Source: Candidatus Latescibacterota bacterium (GTDB taxonomy: Bacteria > Latescibacterota > UBA2968 > UBA8231). Taken from it: DNA of 64,000 nucleotides. Positions 40,987 through 50,481 of the stretch are shown here, one piece after another. The position numbers and the translations under genes are program-made. The stretch's first letter is position 1. Each line of letters begins with the position of its first letter. Under the pieces are notes generated by a model, which made no database searches, was not told the DNA's origin, and saw only the letters and a program-made list of their open reading frames with translations. The DNA lies in contig OZ253462.1 in the NCBI GenBank assembly GCA_965261395.1, positions 5,344,001-5,408,000 of the forward strand. Reading direction: 5' to 3'.

Positions 40987-42987
40987 TCAGCCGTGGAGGA
41001 TGGGGTGGCCGTTGCCGGGGAAGAAAATCATATCGACGATAAACGAGATCCCCACCCCGAAGAAGTGCCCGAGAATCAAGCCGATGAAAAACGGCGCAGC
41101 CTTGCGGTATAGTTCAATGCCGCCAAAGCGCATGATCAGACTCTTGGCCGCCCAAGACACAAAGATCGCCGGAGCTTGGTTGCGCACCATCCAGATCGCG
41201 GAGATGGCCAAGCCCACCGGGTGCAGCGGCCACCACGGGAAGCGATACTGCATAAACGTCAAAACCGCCATCGCCGCCGCGCCGATGCCAAAGAAGCCGA
41301 GTTTTTGTGCGTGGAAATCGGCCGGGGTTTTTATTTTGCTCATTGCGTCGTCAAAGGAGCGCACCCCCGCGCCCGAGGAGACGCGGAAAAACCAAGAGTT
41401 GAAGTTGGAGGCCCCCTGCTCGTAGGCCATGGCAATGACGTACACAATGGCGGCGATAAAGCCGACCAATAGCGCCAGCGCAATGGCCAAACACAGGCCG
41501 CGGCGGCTCATGCGCATGGCGTCGTGCAGCCGGGTGGCATGGGCGGCCGACGTCATAAAAATCGACTGCACATCGCTGAAGAACCCATAACTCATCCCCA
41601 AGGCCGCCAAGCCCGTCGGCGAAATCGCACTCGTGCCAAAGGTCATCATGGTCATGGCTTGGCTGACCACGGGCGTGGTCAGGTAAAAGACGCCGGCCTG
41701 CACCACCAAGCGGGTGATGCCCAAGTAGGCGATGAGCACGCCGCCCAAGAAAAACGCCGCCACCGGCAATTCCATGCCAGCCTTGTTGAGCCACGCCAGC
41801 ATATAGACGACCCCGACCAACAGGCCGACGACCGCGCTGCGATAGGACATCAGCTCGCGGCTGTCGTCAACCGGATAGGCGGGATTCCAGGCTTTGCGCG
41901 CCACGTCTTTTAGGTGATCGCGCGCCATCCACAGCCCCCACAGCACCAGCACCACAAACGCCCCCCAACACTGCCAAGACGTCGATGGCAAGCCCCACAC
42001 GAAGTTGTCGGCCTCCGTAACGCCAACGCCAAAGCGGTTAAACAGGCCCTCTTCGAGCAGCAGCAGCAAAAAGAAAAACCAGATGCTGAAGGTGACGTTG
42101 AGGTTGGCGAAATACATGAAGCCGACGACCGGGAAGTAGAAGCGGATGTTGATCGTGGGAAAGCCGTGCGCGATTTGGATGGGATGGTGCCATTCGATCT
42201 TGGGAAAGAAGTGGAAGAAAAAGCCGACGATGTTCCACAAGACGATGCACAAGGGGATCGCCGCCCCCATCCAAAAGACCTTGTTGCGCAAGACGGCCGG
42301 CACGCGCGCAGGGCCATCGGCGTCCGCCACGAGGGCTTGCGGCACCTCCATCAGCGGATAGGCCAGCCGCTCGCGCTCGACCCACTGCTTGCGCAATATG
42401 ACGACGAGGCAAAAACAGACCGCGTACAAAGTCCAGATAAAGCTCAGCCACCAAAACAGCGGCATGGCCCACGCATCGAGCAGCGTGCCCCAAGGCATCG
42501 GCTCACCGAGGGGCAGCCCCTCGAAAAACCAAGTCATGGCCAAGCCGTCGTTGCTCGGCAAAAGCCACGCCGGCAGGTGGGGCAAGACGTATGTGCCCCA
42601 CTGGTTTTCAGCGGAGGCAAAGTAATAGGGCGTGGTGGGGATCGACAGCACGTAGCCCATCATAAAGATGGGAATGCCGGTCGTCACCAAGCCCATGACG
42701 ACAACCGTGATCATCTCGGCCGGCCGCAAGGCCCAGCCGGGATTGATCGTCTTGAGCAGGATGTTGAGCAGGATGAGGCAGCAGAACGAGAAGCCGACGG
42801 CAATCGGAAAAAACGACCACGTGATTTCGGACGACCCCAAGACCCAAATGGCGTAGGGCGCGCCCAAACACACCACGAGGACTTGGATGACGCCGAGCAC
42901 CAAGGAGCGGAGCGTGAGGCCGCTGGCCGCGCCTTGGCTAGTGCTCGTTTCTCGATGTGTAGGGGCCGCAGTCGGCGACGTCATCAA
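40987..42987 (-). CDS. Polytopic membrane protein, DUF6785/DUF6784-like putative transporter (copy 2)
   Basis: Tandem paralogue of 39012-40979 with the same motifs. Confidence 0.78.
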   Translation of the reverse strand: MMTSPTAAPTHRETSTSQGAASGLTLRSLVLGVIQVLVVCLGAPYAIWVLGSSEITWSFFPIAVGFSFCCLILLNILLKTINPGWALRPAEMITVVVMGLVTTGIPIFMMGYVLSIPTTPYYFASAENQWGTYVLPHLPAWLLPSNDGLAMTWFFEGLPLGEPMPWGTLLDAWAMPLFWWLSFIWTLYAVCFCLVVILRKQWVERERLAYPLMEVPQALVADADGPARVPAVLRNKVFWMGAAIPLCIVLWNIVGFFFHFFPKIEWHHPIQIAHGFPTINIRFYFPVVGFMYFANLNVTFSIWFFFLLLLLEEGLFNRFGVGVTEADNFVWGLPSTSWQCWGAFVVLVLWGLWMARDHLKDVARKAWNPAYPVDDSRELMSYRSAVVGLLVGVVYMLAWLNKAGMELPVAAFFLGGVLIAYLGITRLVVQAGVFYLTTPVVSQAMTMMTFGTSAISPTGLAALGMSYGFFSDVQSIFMTSAAHATRLHDAMRMSRRGLCLAIALALLVGFIAAIVYVIAMAYEQGASNFNSWFFRVSSGAGVRSFDDAMSKIKTPADFHAQKLGFFGIGAAAMAVLTFMQYRFPWWPLHPVGLAISAIWMVRNQAPAIFVSWAAKSLIMRFGGIELYRKAAPFFIGLILGHFFGVGISFIVDMIFFPGNGHPILHG

Positions 42988-43068
42988 AAGCCAGCTTCAG
43001 AGGCGATTCTAGCGGGATTCAACGCGGACAATATGGTTTCAAGACACCGCAGCCGCAATCCTGCCGCG

Positions 43069-44676
43069 CTAGTCCCCATCTAGCCCGGCGGCGTGGCGGC
43101 CTGCAGCCGGATCGCCAGCCGCGTAGTACGTGCCCGCGTCGGCCCACAGCATGACCGGGGTGGCGATGGGGCCGTTGCGGGCCTCGACTTGGTGGCCGCG
43201 CCGCGCTAGTTCGTCCCGGACATTCGCATCGACGGCCGAGCTGATGGCCAGCGAGCCAGCCTGGATGAACGTCTGCTCGCGCACCGGATTGGGGTCAAAC
43301 GAGTCCTCGTGATGGTCCGTGGCAAAGCGCGGCGCAACGACCGCTTCGGCCGGCTGCATCCCAAACTCCACAAAGTCGAGCAACAGGTTCAAGGTGGCCT
43401 GATCTTGCAGATCGCCGCCAGCCACGCTGATGGCCAACACGGGTGCACCGTCTTTGAGCACCATTGTGGGGGTCAGGGTGATGCGGGGCCGCTTGCCCGG
43501 CGCAATGCAGTTGGGGTGTCCGGGGGTCGTGTTGAGGCTGCGCAGGCGGTTGCCATACGAGACGCCCGTGCTGCCGGTGCCGCCGGCGTGATAGACATTC
43601 GCGCTCGGCGTGGCCGAGACGACCATGCCCCAGCGATCGGCTACCACGCACGTGGTCGTGCCGCCGACTCCGGGCCGGAACGCGCCGCCCTCCTGCACTG
43701 CCTTCATGCCGAGCGGATCACCAGGGCGGGCGTCCAGCGCAGCTTGCCCCATGTCGATCAGGGGCTGCCGGAGCTGGGTATATTCGTCGGACAGCAAGGC
43801 GTTCATGGGCACATCCACGAACAGGGGGTCGCCGTAGTGCGCGTCGCGGTCGGCCATGGCCAGCTTGATGGCTTCGACGACCGCGTGGACGTAGTCGGCC
43901 GAGCACTGCCCCATACCTTTGAGATCAAACCCTTCGAGCAGGCGCAGGGCTTGACACAGATAAGGGCCTTGAGTCCACGGGCCGCATTTGTACACTTGGT
44001 AGCCCCGATAATCGACTGCCACCGGCTCTTCGATCAAAGTCCTATGAGCGGCCAGATCCGCGCGGCGCAAAAACCCGCCCTGCTCCACGTAGAACGCCTC
44101 CAAGTCTTCGGCTATATCGCCGTGCTCGGCGCGGCGGCCATAGAAGTGATCGCAGGCTGCTTGCAGCTTCTCTTGGCGATCGCCGGTGGCGCGGTGCTCC
44201 TCCTCCACCATGCGCCGCAGCGTCTGCGCCAAGTCGGGGTGCCACGCTTCCTCTCCTTCGTCGAGCAGGGCCAAGGTCGGCGCAACAATCGCGGCAAAGC
44301 TCTGCGTGCCGTAGTGCTGCAAGAGGGTAATACACAAATCCACGACCGACGGCACCGGAGCCATCTTGATGTCGCGGTCTGGGATGCCGTGCTCCATGTA
44401 CCAAGCAATAGCTTCCGGCGACAGCGGCGCGCGCCCCTGGCCGGACAGCGACTTGACCGCTTTCCCGTCCCAGACGAGCACCGGCACTTCCCCGCCGATG
44501 GAGCAGGCCCCGTGATCGGTGACGTTGAGCGCGAGAATCGCGCCGGCCGCGGCATCGGCCGCATTGCCGCCCGCGCCGAGAATTTCAATGCCAGCGGCTA
44601 CAGCTCCAGCACCGCCGGCCGCAATGACGCCGGTTTTGCTCTCGGCCTGCCAGCCGATCTGATCTACCCTACTCAT
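43069..44676 (-). CDS. Gamma-glutamyltransferase family protein
   Basis: GGNAADAA, PWTQGP, AMADRDAHYGDP, GTTTCVVAD, PGKRP; RBS AAGGAG. Confidence 0.9.
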   Translation of the reverse strand: MSRVDQIGWQAESKTGVIAAGGAGAVAAGIEILGAGGNAADAAAGAILALNVTDHGACSIGGEVPVLVWDGKAVKSLSGQGRAPLSPEAIAWYMEHGIPDRDIKMAPVPSVVDLCITLLQHYGTQSFAAIVAPTLALLDEGEEAWHPDLAQTLRRMVEEEHRATGDRQEKLQAACDHFYGRRAEHGDIAEDLEAFYVEQGGFLRRADLAAHRTLIEEPVAVDYRGYQVYKCGPWTQGPYLCQALRLLEGFDLKGMGQCSADYVHAVVEAIKLAMADRDAHYGDPLFVDVPMNALLSDEYTQLRQPLIDMGQAALDARPGDPLGMKAVQEGGAFRPGVGGTTTCVVADRWGMVVSATPSANVYHAGGTGSTGVSYGNRLRSLNTTPGHPNCIAPGKRPRITLTPTMVLKDGAPVLAISVAGGDLQDQATLNLLLDFVEFGMQPAEAVVAPRFATDHHEDSFDPNPVREQTFIQAGSLAISSAVDANVRDELARRGHQVEARNGPIATPVMLWADAGTYYAAGDPAAGRHAAGLDGD

Positions 44677-44914
44677 GTGTTGCTCCTTTTCGAAAAGAAG
44701 ATGTGCCGCGCTCAATTATAATCGTCGGGTCCGGCACTAGGCCGAAAGTCGAGAGGTCTTCGCCCTCTATATGCAGCGCGACCGCTTCGCGGAGGTTGGC
44801 CAAGGTTTCGTCCAAAGTGACGCCTTGCGTTACAACGGCTAGCTCGACGCACTCGGCAACGTAGTGGGTCTCGCCCGATCTGATGAAGGCTTTGATCGTG
44901 TGTTGCAGGTTCAT
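44669..44914 (-). CDS. Orphan HicB-like antitoxin, C-terminus probably replaced
   Basis: YVAECVELAVVTQGVTLDETLANLREAVALH; its tail runs through the GGT RBS; no hicA seen. Confidence 0.7.
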   Translation of the reverse strand: MNLQHTIKAFIRSGETHYVAECVELAVVTQGVTLDETLANLREAVALHIEGEDLSTFGLVPDPTIIIERGTSSFRKGATHE

Positions 44915-45110
44915 TTGACTCCTTTCCGAGTGAGCACCGCGCTCAATATCGCCTTGTAAGAGCGGTCTGTCGAGTCTAGTGATGGAGGGACGCTCCCCTT
45001 CCACGTGGAGCGGGCCAATATCCAGGCTTCAAATAAGAGAAAATTCGATTATGTCTCAACATCCCGTTATATTTATAGGTTCGCTACGGTGCCGCGCCGC
45101 AGTGCTGTCC

Positions 45111-45260
45111 GTTGCCTTTCTCGACCGCCAGACAGAAAAAATCGGCGCGCTGGCAGCAAAAATCGAGGCCGCTACGAACGATCTGCAAGAGTACCGTTCC
45201 GTCCTCATCACCAACGCTGAGACCGGCAAAATTAACATGAGAGAGAACGCTGCTTTATGA
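45111..45260 (+). pseudogene. hsdS: Type I R-M specificity subunit, C-terminal stub
   Basis: VAFLDRQTEKI..LQEYRSVLITNAETGKI is typical of the HsdS C-terminal helix; its stop overlaps the next ATG. Confidence 0.75.
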
Positions 45261-45990
45261 ACATTGACTCTATATACTTCAAGGGATATAGCTGTTTCAA
45301 AAAGAAGTGGGCTGGCTTCGATACAATCAAGCCGATCAACGTCATCATTGGACGCAATAACTCCGGAAAATCCCATCTTTTGAACTTGGTTGAATCACTA
45401 TACGATGCCAGGCTATCCCACCATGAATGGCAGACTCAGTGCCACGGTGTGTTAGACGAGGAATCGCTAAAGAAAGTTTTTCCAGAAAGGCGAAGGGATA
45501 CAAGTCAAAACTTGAATGCAGCTCTCGTGTTCAGCGACGTACAGCCTTTAGTCGGCGAGAAGCTAATATGGGAAGTGGCCCCAAGCCGGTCCGAGTCGCC
45601 ACCGCATGGATACGGATTGCAGGTATCGAGTTTAAGGTTCCCAGCTTTCTCATCAGAACAATCAAGCAATATCCCTTTAGCAGTTGAGGAGATGCTGAAA
45701 AGCGCAACGCACCAGTTTAGCTACTCACCAGAACAATCAGGAAATATCCCCTCAGGGATTCATAACATGCTACGAGATACAACACACCAGTTTCGTACGG
45801 CGTCATTCTGCAGACTCCTTGCGGACCGGGATATCGAGACTGAACTAGAAGATATAGAGATGGAACTTGGCCGAGACGGTCAAGGAGCTACAAATATAAT
45901 ACGTCGGCTCATTCTAACATCTGACGAGCGATTCTCAAGAGAAGTTATCCAAGAAGAACTTCTGGCCGCGCTGAATTTAATATTTGGAAG

Positions 45991-47175
45991 GGCTTTGGTG
46001 CATGAATTGGTGTTTTTTTCGGTTGATCGGTTGAATAAAAACAGGCTCCTCAGTAGATTGAGCACGACTTTCGCCAAAAAACCCATGCTTTCTCGTCCAA
46101 GGAACCTGTCATGGCCAACCTATCGTCTTGCCCCTCTTCCGTCAAGCCTGGTCGCTCGCCTCGCCGTCGCTCCAACGTCGTGTACCGGGTACGTAATTGG
46201 GCCGACTATGAGGCCGGGCTGCAACAGCGCGGTAGTCTGACGGTGTGGTTCACGCCCCAGGCCGTCGAAGCTTGGTATTATCAAGGGCCGCCTCAGCGGG
46301 GGGCGCAATATACCTTTTCGGAGGTCGCCATCCAAACGGCGTTGACGCTGCGTCTTTTGTATCACTTGCCCCTACGCCAAACCGAGGGGTTTGTCGCTTC
46401 GGTGTTGGCCCTGATGGGCTTGGATCTGCGGGTGCCCGATCACACGACCCTGTCGCGCCGTCAGGCGGGTTTAGCCGTGGCGTGGCCGCCCCAGCGGGGA
46501 GACCAACCGATGCACTTGGTGGTGGATTCGACCGGGCTGAAAGTGTATGGCGAAGGCGAATGGAAGGTGCGTCAGCACGGCTGGAGCAAGCGGCGCACGT
46601 GGCGCAAATTGCACCTCGGGGTTAATGAAGCCACCGGCGAGATCGTCGCGCAGACCTTGACGACGAATAGCCACGATGATGCGGGGCAGGTGGAGCCGTT
46701 GCTGGCACAGATCGAGGCCCCCGTGGAGGCGTTGGGCGGCGATGGGGCCTATGACAAACGCAAGGTGTTCAAGGCGTTGGCCGCGCCCGAGCAGGGGGCA
46801 CCTATTCATCCGATCATTCCGCCGCGCAAGGACGCCAAAATCGAGCAACATGGCAACACCAACGCCGAGCCGTTGCCCCGCGATGAGACGATTCGAGCCA
46901 TCCGCAAACGGGGCCGTCGAGGTTGGAAACACGAGAGCGGCTATCATCGACGCTCGGTAGCCGAAACGCAGATAGGCCGCTACAAACAGATACTTGGTGA
47001 CACCTTGCGCACCCGAACCCTAACCAACCAACAGACCGAAGCGCGGTTGGGCTGTGCCTTGCTCAACCGGATGCGGGCGTTGGCGAAACCTGAGTCCTAT
47101 CCGCTAACCAAAAAAGCGTAAATCACACGCGAAAGAAGCCAACACGGCCCCGACCGGTTTTCATGCAACAAAGCC
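45991..47175 (+). mobile_element. IS5-family (IS903 group) insertion sequence, 1185 bp
   Basis: IRs GGCTTTGGTGCATGAA / GGCTTTGTTGCATGAA (15/16); 9-bp TSD ATTTGGAAG at 45982-45990 and 47176-47184. Confidence 0.95.
46111..47121 (+). CDS. IS5/IS903-group transposase
   Basis: NWADYEAGLQQRGSLT, VDSTGLKVYGEGEW, WRKLHLG, DGAYD, SGYHRRSVAET. Confidence 0.93.
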   Translation: MANLSSCPSSVKPGRSPRRRSNVVYRVRNWADYEAGLQQRGSLTVWFTPQAVEAWYYQGPPQRGAQYTFSEVAIQTALTLRLLYHLPLRQTEGFVASVLALMGLDLRVPDHTTLSRRQAGLAVAWPPQRGDQPMHLVVDSTGLKVYGEGEWKVRQHGWSKRRTWRKLHLGVNEATGEIVAQTLTTNSHDDAGQVEPLLAQIEAPVEALGGDGAYDKRKVFKALAAPEQGAPIHPIIPPRKDAKIEQHGNTNAEPLPRDETIRAIRKRGRRGWKHESGYHRRSVAETQIGRYKQILGDTLRTRTLTNQQTEARLGCALLNRMRALAKPESYPLTKKA

Positions 47176-48357
47176 ATTTGGAAGTGATGGCCAGTTTTCA
47201 AATATCCAAGTACAAGTTCACGATGATAGGGCAGACAAACTAAAGGGCCATTGGGAGGTCTGTCTTCACGAAAAGAAAAAGGGTTGGGTTCCCCTCAGCA
47301 AATCGGGAAGCGGCTTGAAAACCATTATTCTGGTTCTACTTAATCTACTGGTCATTCCCAAAATTGAGAATAAGGAGAAATCTCAGTTCATATTCGCTTT
47401 TGAGGAACTTGAAAACAACCTCCATCCGGCCCTCTTACGGAGGTTATTCAAGTATCTTGAGGACTACGCAGTCAACAAAAAAGCGACGATCTTCCTGACG
47501 ACCCATTCGAGCATCGCCCTCGACTTTTTCGGTGTATCTGATAATGCCCAGATTATCCATGTGTCCCACGATGGCGAGTCCGCCCATACGACAACCGTCC
47601 CCACTCATTTTGGCCATCTCAGGATAATCTCCGAACTGGGATCAAGACCGTCAGATTTGCTCCAAGCGAATGGACTCATTTGGGTAGAAGGCCCTACTGA
47701 CCGCATTTATCTCAACCATTGGATTGAGCTTTACACTCAGGACCGTCCTCAAGGCAGCCTTCGAGAAGGTCGCGATTATCAGTGCGTATTTTACGGCGGT
47801 GCGCTACTAGCAAAAGTCCAGTTCACGTCGCCCGAAGACGAGACCGCAGAACTCGCCAACCTGTTCCGAATCAATCCCAATTTCTTCGTCGTGTGTGACG
47901 GCGATAGAGAGACCGAGGATTCTGACCTAAAGCCGAGAGTGAAGAGAATTCGCGAGGAAGTCGAAAAGATAGATGACGAGCGCATTTGGATCACTGACGC
48001 CAAGGAAATTGAGAACTACCTTCCTGGTTCTGTCCTCTCAGAGGTCACAGGATTCCCATCGTTGCCAGATCCCGGACAATATGAAAGTTGGTCGTCATAT
48101 ACCGAAAATCATGTTCAGGGAAAGAGCATAGACAAGGTGGACTTAGCCATTTCGAGCACCCAGACCCAGTATATGACAAAGGAAGTAATGGAGAAGCGAT
48201 TCGATTGGACGGAACAGATGGAACAGATCATCAAGCACATTGGCAGGTGGAACGAAAATGGCTCCCCGGAAGGACCGTAACCGGCAAGACATTGAGCAAC
48301 AATGGGGGAAATTTCAGCAGAGACGTCAGCAATGCTAAATCGAGGCGACGCTCCTTG

Positions 48358-48909
48358 CTAGAAAATCTCGTTTAAGCCAACGGAGAAACCTGTGAGTGTG
48401 GACGAGGTCATCGTTTGCCCCTCGCCGTAGATGGCCTCCACCTCGAAGGCACCTTCGCCGAGCCGCAGCACCGTCACCGTCCGGGCGTCCGAATCGACTA
48501 GCCAGTATTCCTTCACGCCATACTTGGCGTACAGGGCGCGTTTGAGCGTCCGGTCCCGCCCGGCAGTGGAGGGGGACAGGATCTCGACGACCAAATCCGG
48601 TGCACCGAGGACATTTGCGCCGCCGAGCAGCAGGTGCGCTCGCTCATTGGAGACGAACAATAGGTCCGGCTGTACCACATCCGTATTCGACAGCACCACG
48701 TCGCAGGGCGCGTGGAAGACCTCGCCTAAACCCCTCTCCTGTACGAAGCCATGGAGCAACGCTCCTAGCCGGATGCCAATTCTCTGGTGCTCTAGGTTGG
48801 GCACCGGGACCATAATCAACTCTCCGTCCAATAACTCGTAGCGCTTGTCCTCGGGGGTATGTTGGTAGTCCTCATAGGTGAACTTGACGGCTGGGTTGGG
48901 GCTGAGCAT
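48358..48909 (-). CDS. Uma2 family endonuclease
   Basis: RYELLDGEL, VQPDL, APDLVVEILSPST, GVKEYWLVD. Confidence 0.92.
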   Translation of the reverse strand: MLSPNPAVKFTYEDYQHTPEDKRYELLDGELIMVPVPNLEHQRIGIRLGALLHGFVQERGLGEVFHAPCDVVLSNTDVVQPDLLFVSNERAHLLLGGANVLGAPDLVVEILSPSTAGRDRTLKRALYAKYGVKEYWLVDSDARTVTVLRLGEGAFEVEAIYGEGQTMTSSTLTGFSVGLNEIF

Positions 48910-48994
48910 ATCGCCCTCCTCTCATCGCTGGATGTGCGGTTTACGGACGCCTAAATATCGGTCAACCAGCTACCAATAATCTAACCACCCCGCC

Positions 48995-49062
48995 CTACTC
49001 TGCGAGCCGCCCAAGATCATCCGGCCCCACGTGTTGTCGTCGTCGCCATTGCCGTAGATCAT
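48995..49062 (-). repeat. Direct repeat C: displaced copy of the 3' end of the 49655-50470 gene
   Basis: Matches 49655-49744 with 3 synonymous substitutions and a 22-bp deletion between CCAA microhomologies. Confidence 0.95.
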
Positions 49063-49105
49063 GAGCAAGTTCGTCTTTTGCATTTTACACCTGAATGAGG
49101 GTGAT

Positions 49106-49642
49106 TCACTGCATCAATCGGTCAACCTGAGCCAAAATTTCATCGGCTGCCGGCCGGTCGGAGATGCTTCTCCCTACGTATTGCCATTCGATGTCGCCCC
49201 CAGGCGAGACGATGACCGCGGACGGCGTCGCAACGCCGTCACGCAGCAGGTTGTAAACTCCGTAGCCTTTGGCTACCTCGGCGTCCTTGTCTGACAGAAT
49301 GGCGAATTCAGCGCCGGTGAGCTCCGCCATTTTCAGCGCGTCGGCGATGTCATCAGTGCTGATCGCCGCAAGCGACACATTGCGCTTTAGAAACTCAGGA
49401 TACAACTCTACCAACTCACCTAGTTGGCTCCTACAGACACTTCAGAAGAATCCTCTGTAGAACAGCAGTACCGCCGCCGTGCGGTTGTCGAGTAAGTCGG
49501 ACAGGGAAACAGAAGTCCCATCCGCCGCCGGTAAGGTGAACGCAGGCGCTCGACCTCCCGAGGAGACCGGATTGGAGTTGCAGCCGACGAGGGCCATGAG
49601 GGTCGCTATTGCCAAGGGCAGCAGCACTGCTCTATGGTGCAT
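49106..49642 (-). CDS. AhpC/TSA peroxiredoxin-like lipoprotein with selenocysteine (UxxC), 178 aa
   Basis: LVGC lipobox, APAFTL, FYRGFF-TGA(49442-49444)-SVCRSQL, continuing in frame to AISTD..ILSD..YGV. Confidence 0.85.
49411..49427 (-). promoter_or_regulatory. Candidate bacterial SECIS hairpin
   Basis: CCAACU-AGGUG-AGUUGG; the loop starts 20 nt after the UGA and has G at position 2. Confidence 0.65.
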
Positions 49643-49654
49643 TTTCTTTCTCCT

Positions 49655-50470
49655 CTACTCGGCGAGTCGCCCAATCGGCGTCCGCGGGCCGACCAAGATC
49701 ATCCGGCCCCACGTGTTGTCGTCGTCGCCGTTGCCGTAGATCATAAAGTGGCCGCCGTACGCGCCGCCGTCCGGGTCGGTATGGACGATTTCCATGCTGT
49801 ATTCGTCGCCTACTTGCGGCGGCTGCCAACGGGGGTCGCTCTGGCCAAACGTCGGAGCCATCTCGACGCGGGCTTCGATGATGAAATCGGCCGCGCTCCG
49901 GCCCCAAGGATCCATGCGCACCACGTAGTCGCAAGCGGCTTCGGGGATCGGTTCTTCAATGTAGCTCTGGCCAGGTGCGCCGTGCCGCCACCAAGCGTTT
50001 TGCGGGGTGCGCTGTGGGTCGGCGACAAAGCAGAAGGCATTGTCGCCTTGGCCGAAGCGCTCGTTGGCCCGGTCGCGCGGGCCTTCCATAAACCAGCAAA
50101 TCGCATCCTTAAAATACCAACGCTTGTCCGCCGGATCGGGGTCGTCGAGGTCGTTGACGTTGTCCCAGACCTCGGCCCCGAAGTAAAAGTTGTGCGCGTC
50201 CCAAGCAATGTAGTAGCGGGCGCTCAAGTCGTCTTCGAGGTGCGGCTCATTGCCGTGGTCGGTGAGGCGATTGCGCGCGCCGCGATCGAGGCGGTAGAAG
50301 CCAGCCTCGCTGATGCGGCGCATGTCCCAGACTCCGTCGTTGTGAGCGCGGTCCTTCCACTCGGCGAGGTCGCCGTCAATGGTCGGGGCCGTCTCCAACA
50401 GGGGGGCGTTGATGTTCATGTCCGCGCACGCGGCAGAGGCGGCGAGCAAAATCGCGCACAAGGGCAGCAT
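49655..50470 (-). CDS. Secreted CBM9/DOMON-like sugar-binding protein
   Basis: Signal peptide; APTIDGDLAEW, YIAWDAHNFYFGAEVWD, IIEARV; RBS GGAGA. Confidence 0.7.
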   Translation of the reverse strand: MLPLCAILLAASAACADMNINAPLLETAPTIDGDLAEWKDRAHNDGVWDMRRISEAGFYRLDRGARNRLTDHGNEPHLEDDLSARYYIAWDAHNFYFGAEVWDNVNDLDDPDPADKRWYFKDAICWFMEGPRDRANERFGQGDNAFCFVADPQRTPQNAWWRHGAPGQSYIEEPIPEAACDYVVRMDPWGRSAADFIIEARVEMAPTFGQSDPRWQPPQVGDEYSMEIVHTDPDGGAYGGHFMIYGNGDDDNTWGRMILVGPRTPIGRLAE

Positions 50471-50481
50471 AGATTTTCTCC

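Larger units (their letters stand above)
45257..48280 (+). pseudogene. OLD-family ATPase-TOPRIM nuclease, interrupted by an IS
   Basis: GRNNSGKS, SGSGLK, FEELENNLHP, TTHS, WVEGPTD, CDGD. Joining 45257-45990 to 47185-48280 gives an in-frame 609-aa ORF. Confidence 0.88.

Noticed and set aside
41914-44721. Long plus-strand ORFs (389 and 470 aa)
   Set aside because: Antisense to well-supported membrane-protein and GGT genes.
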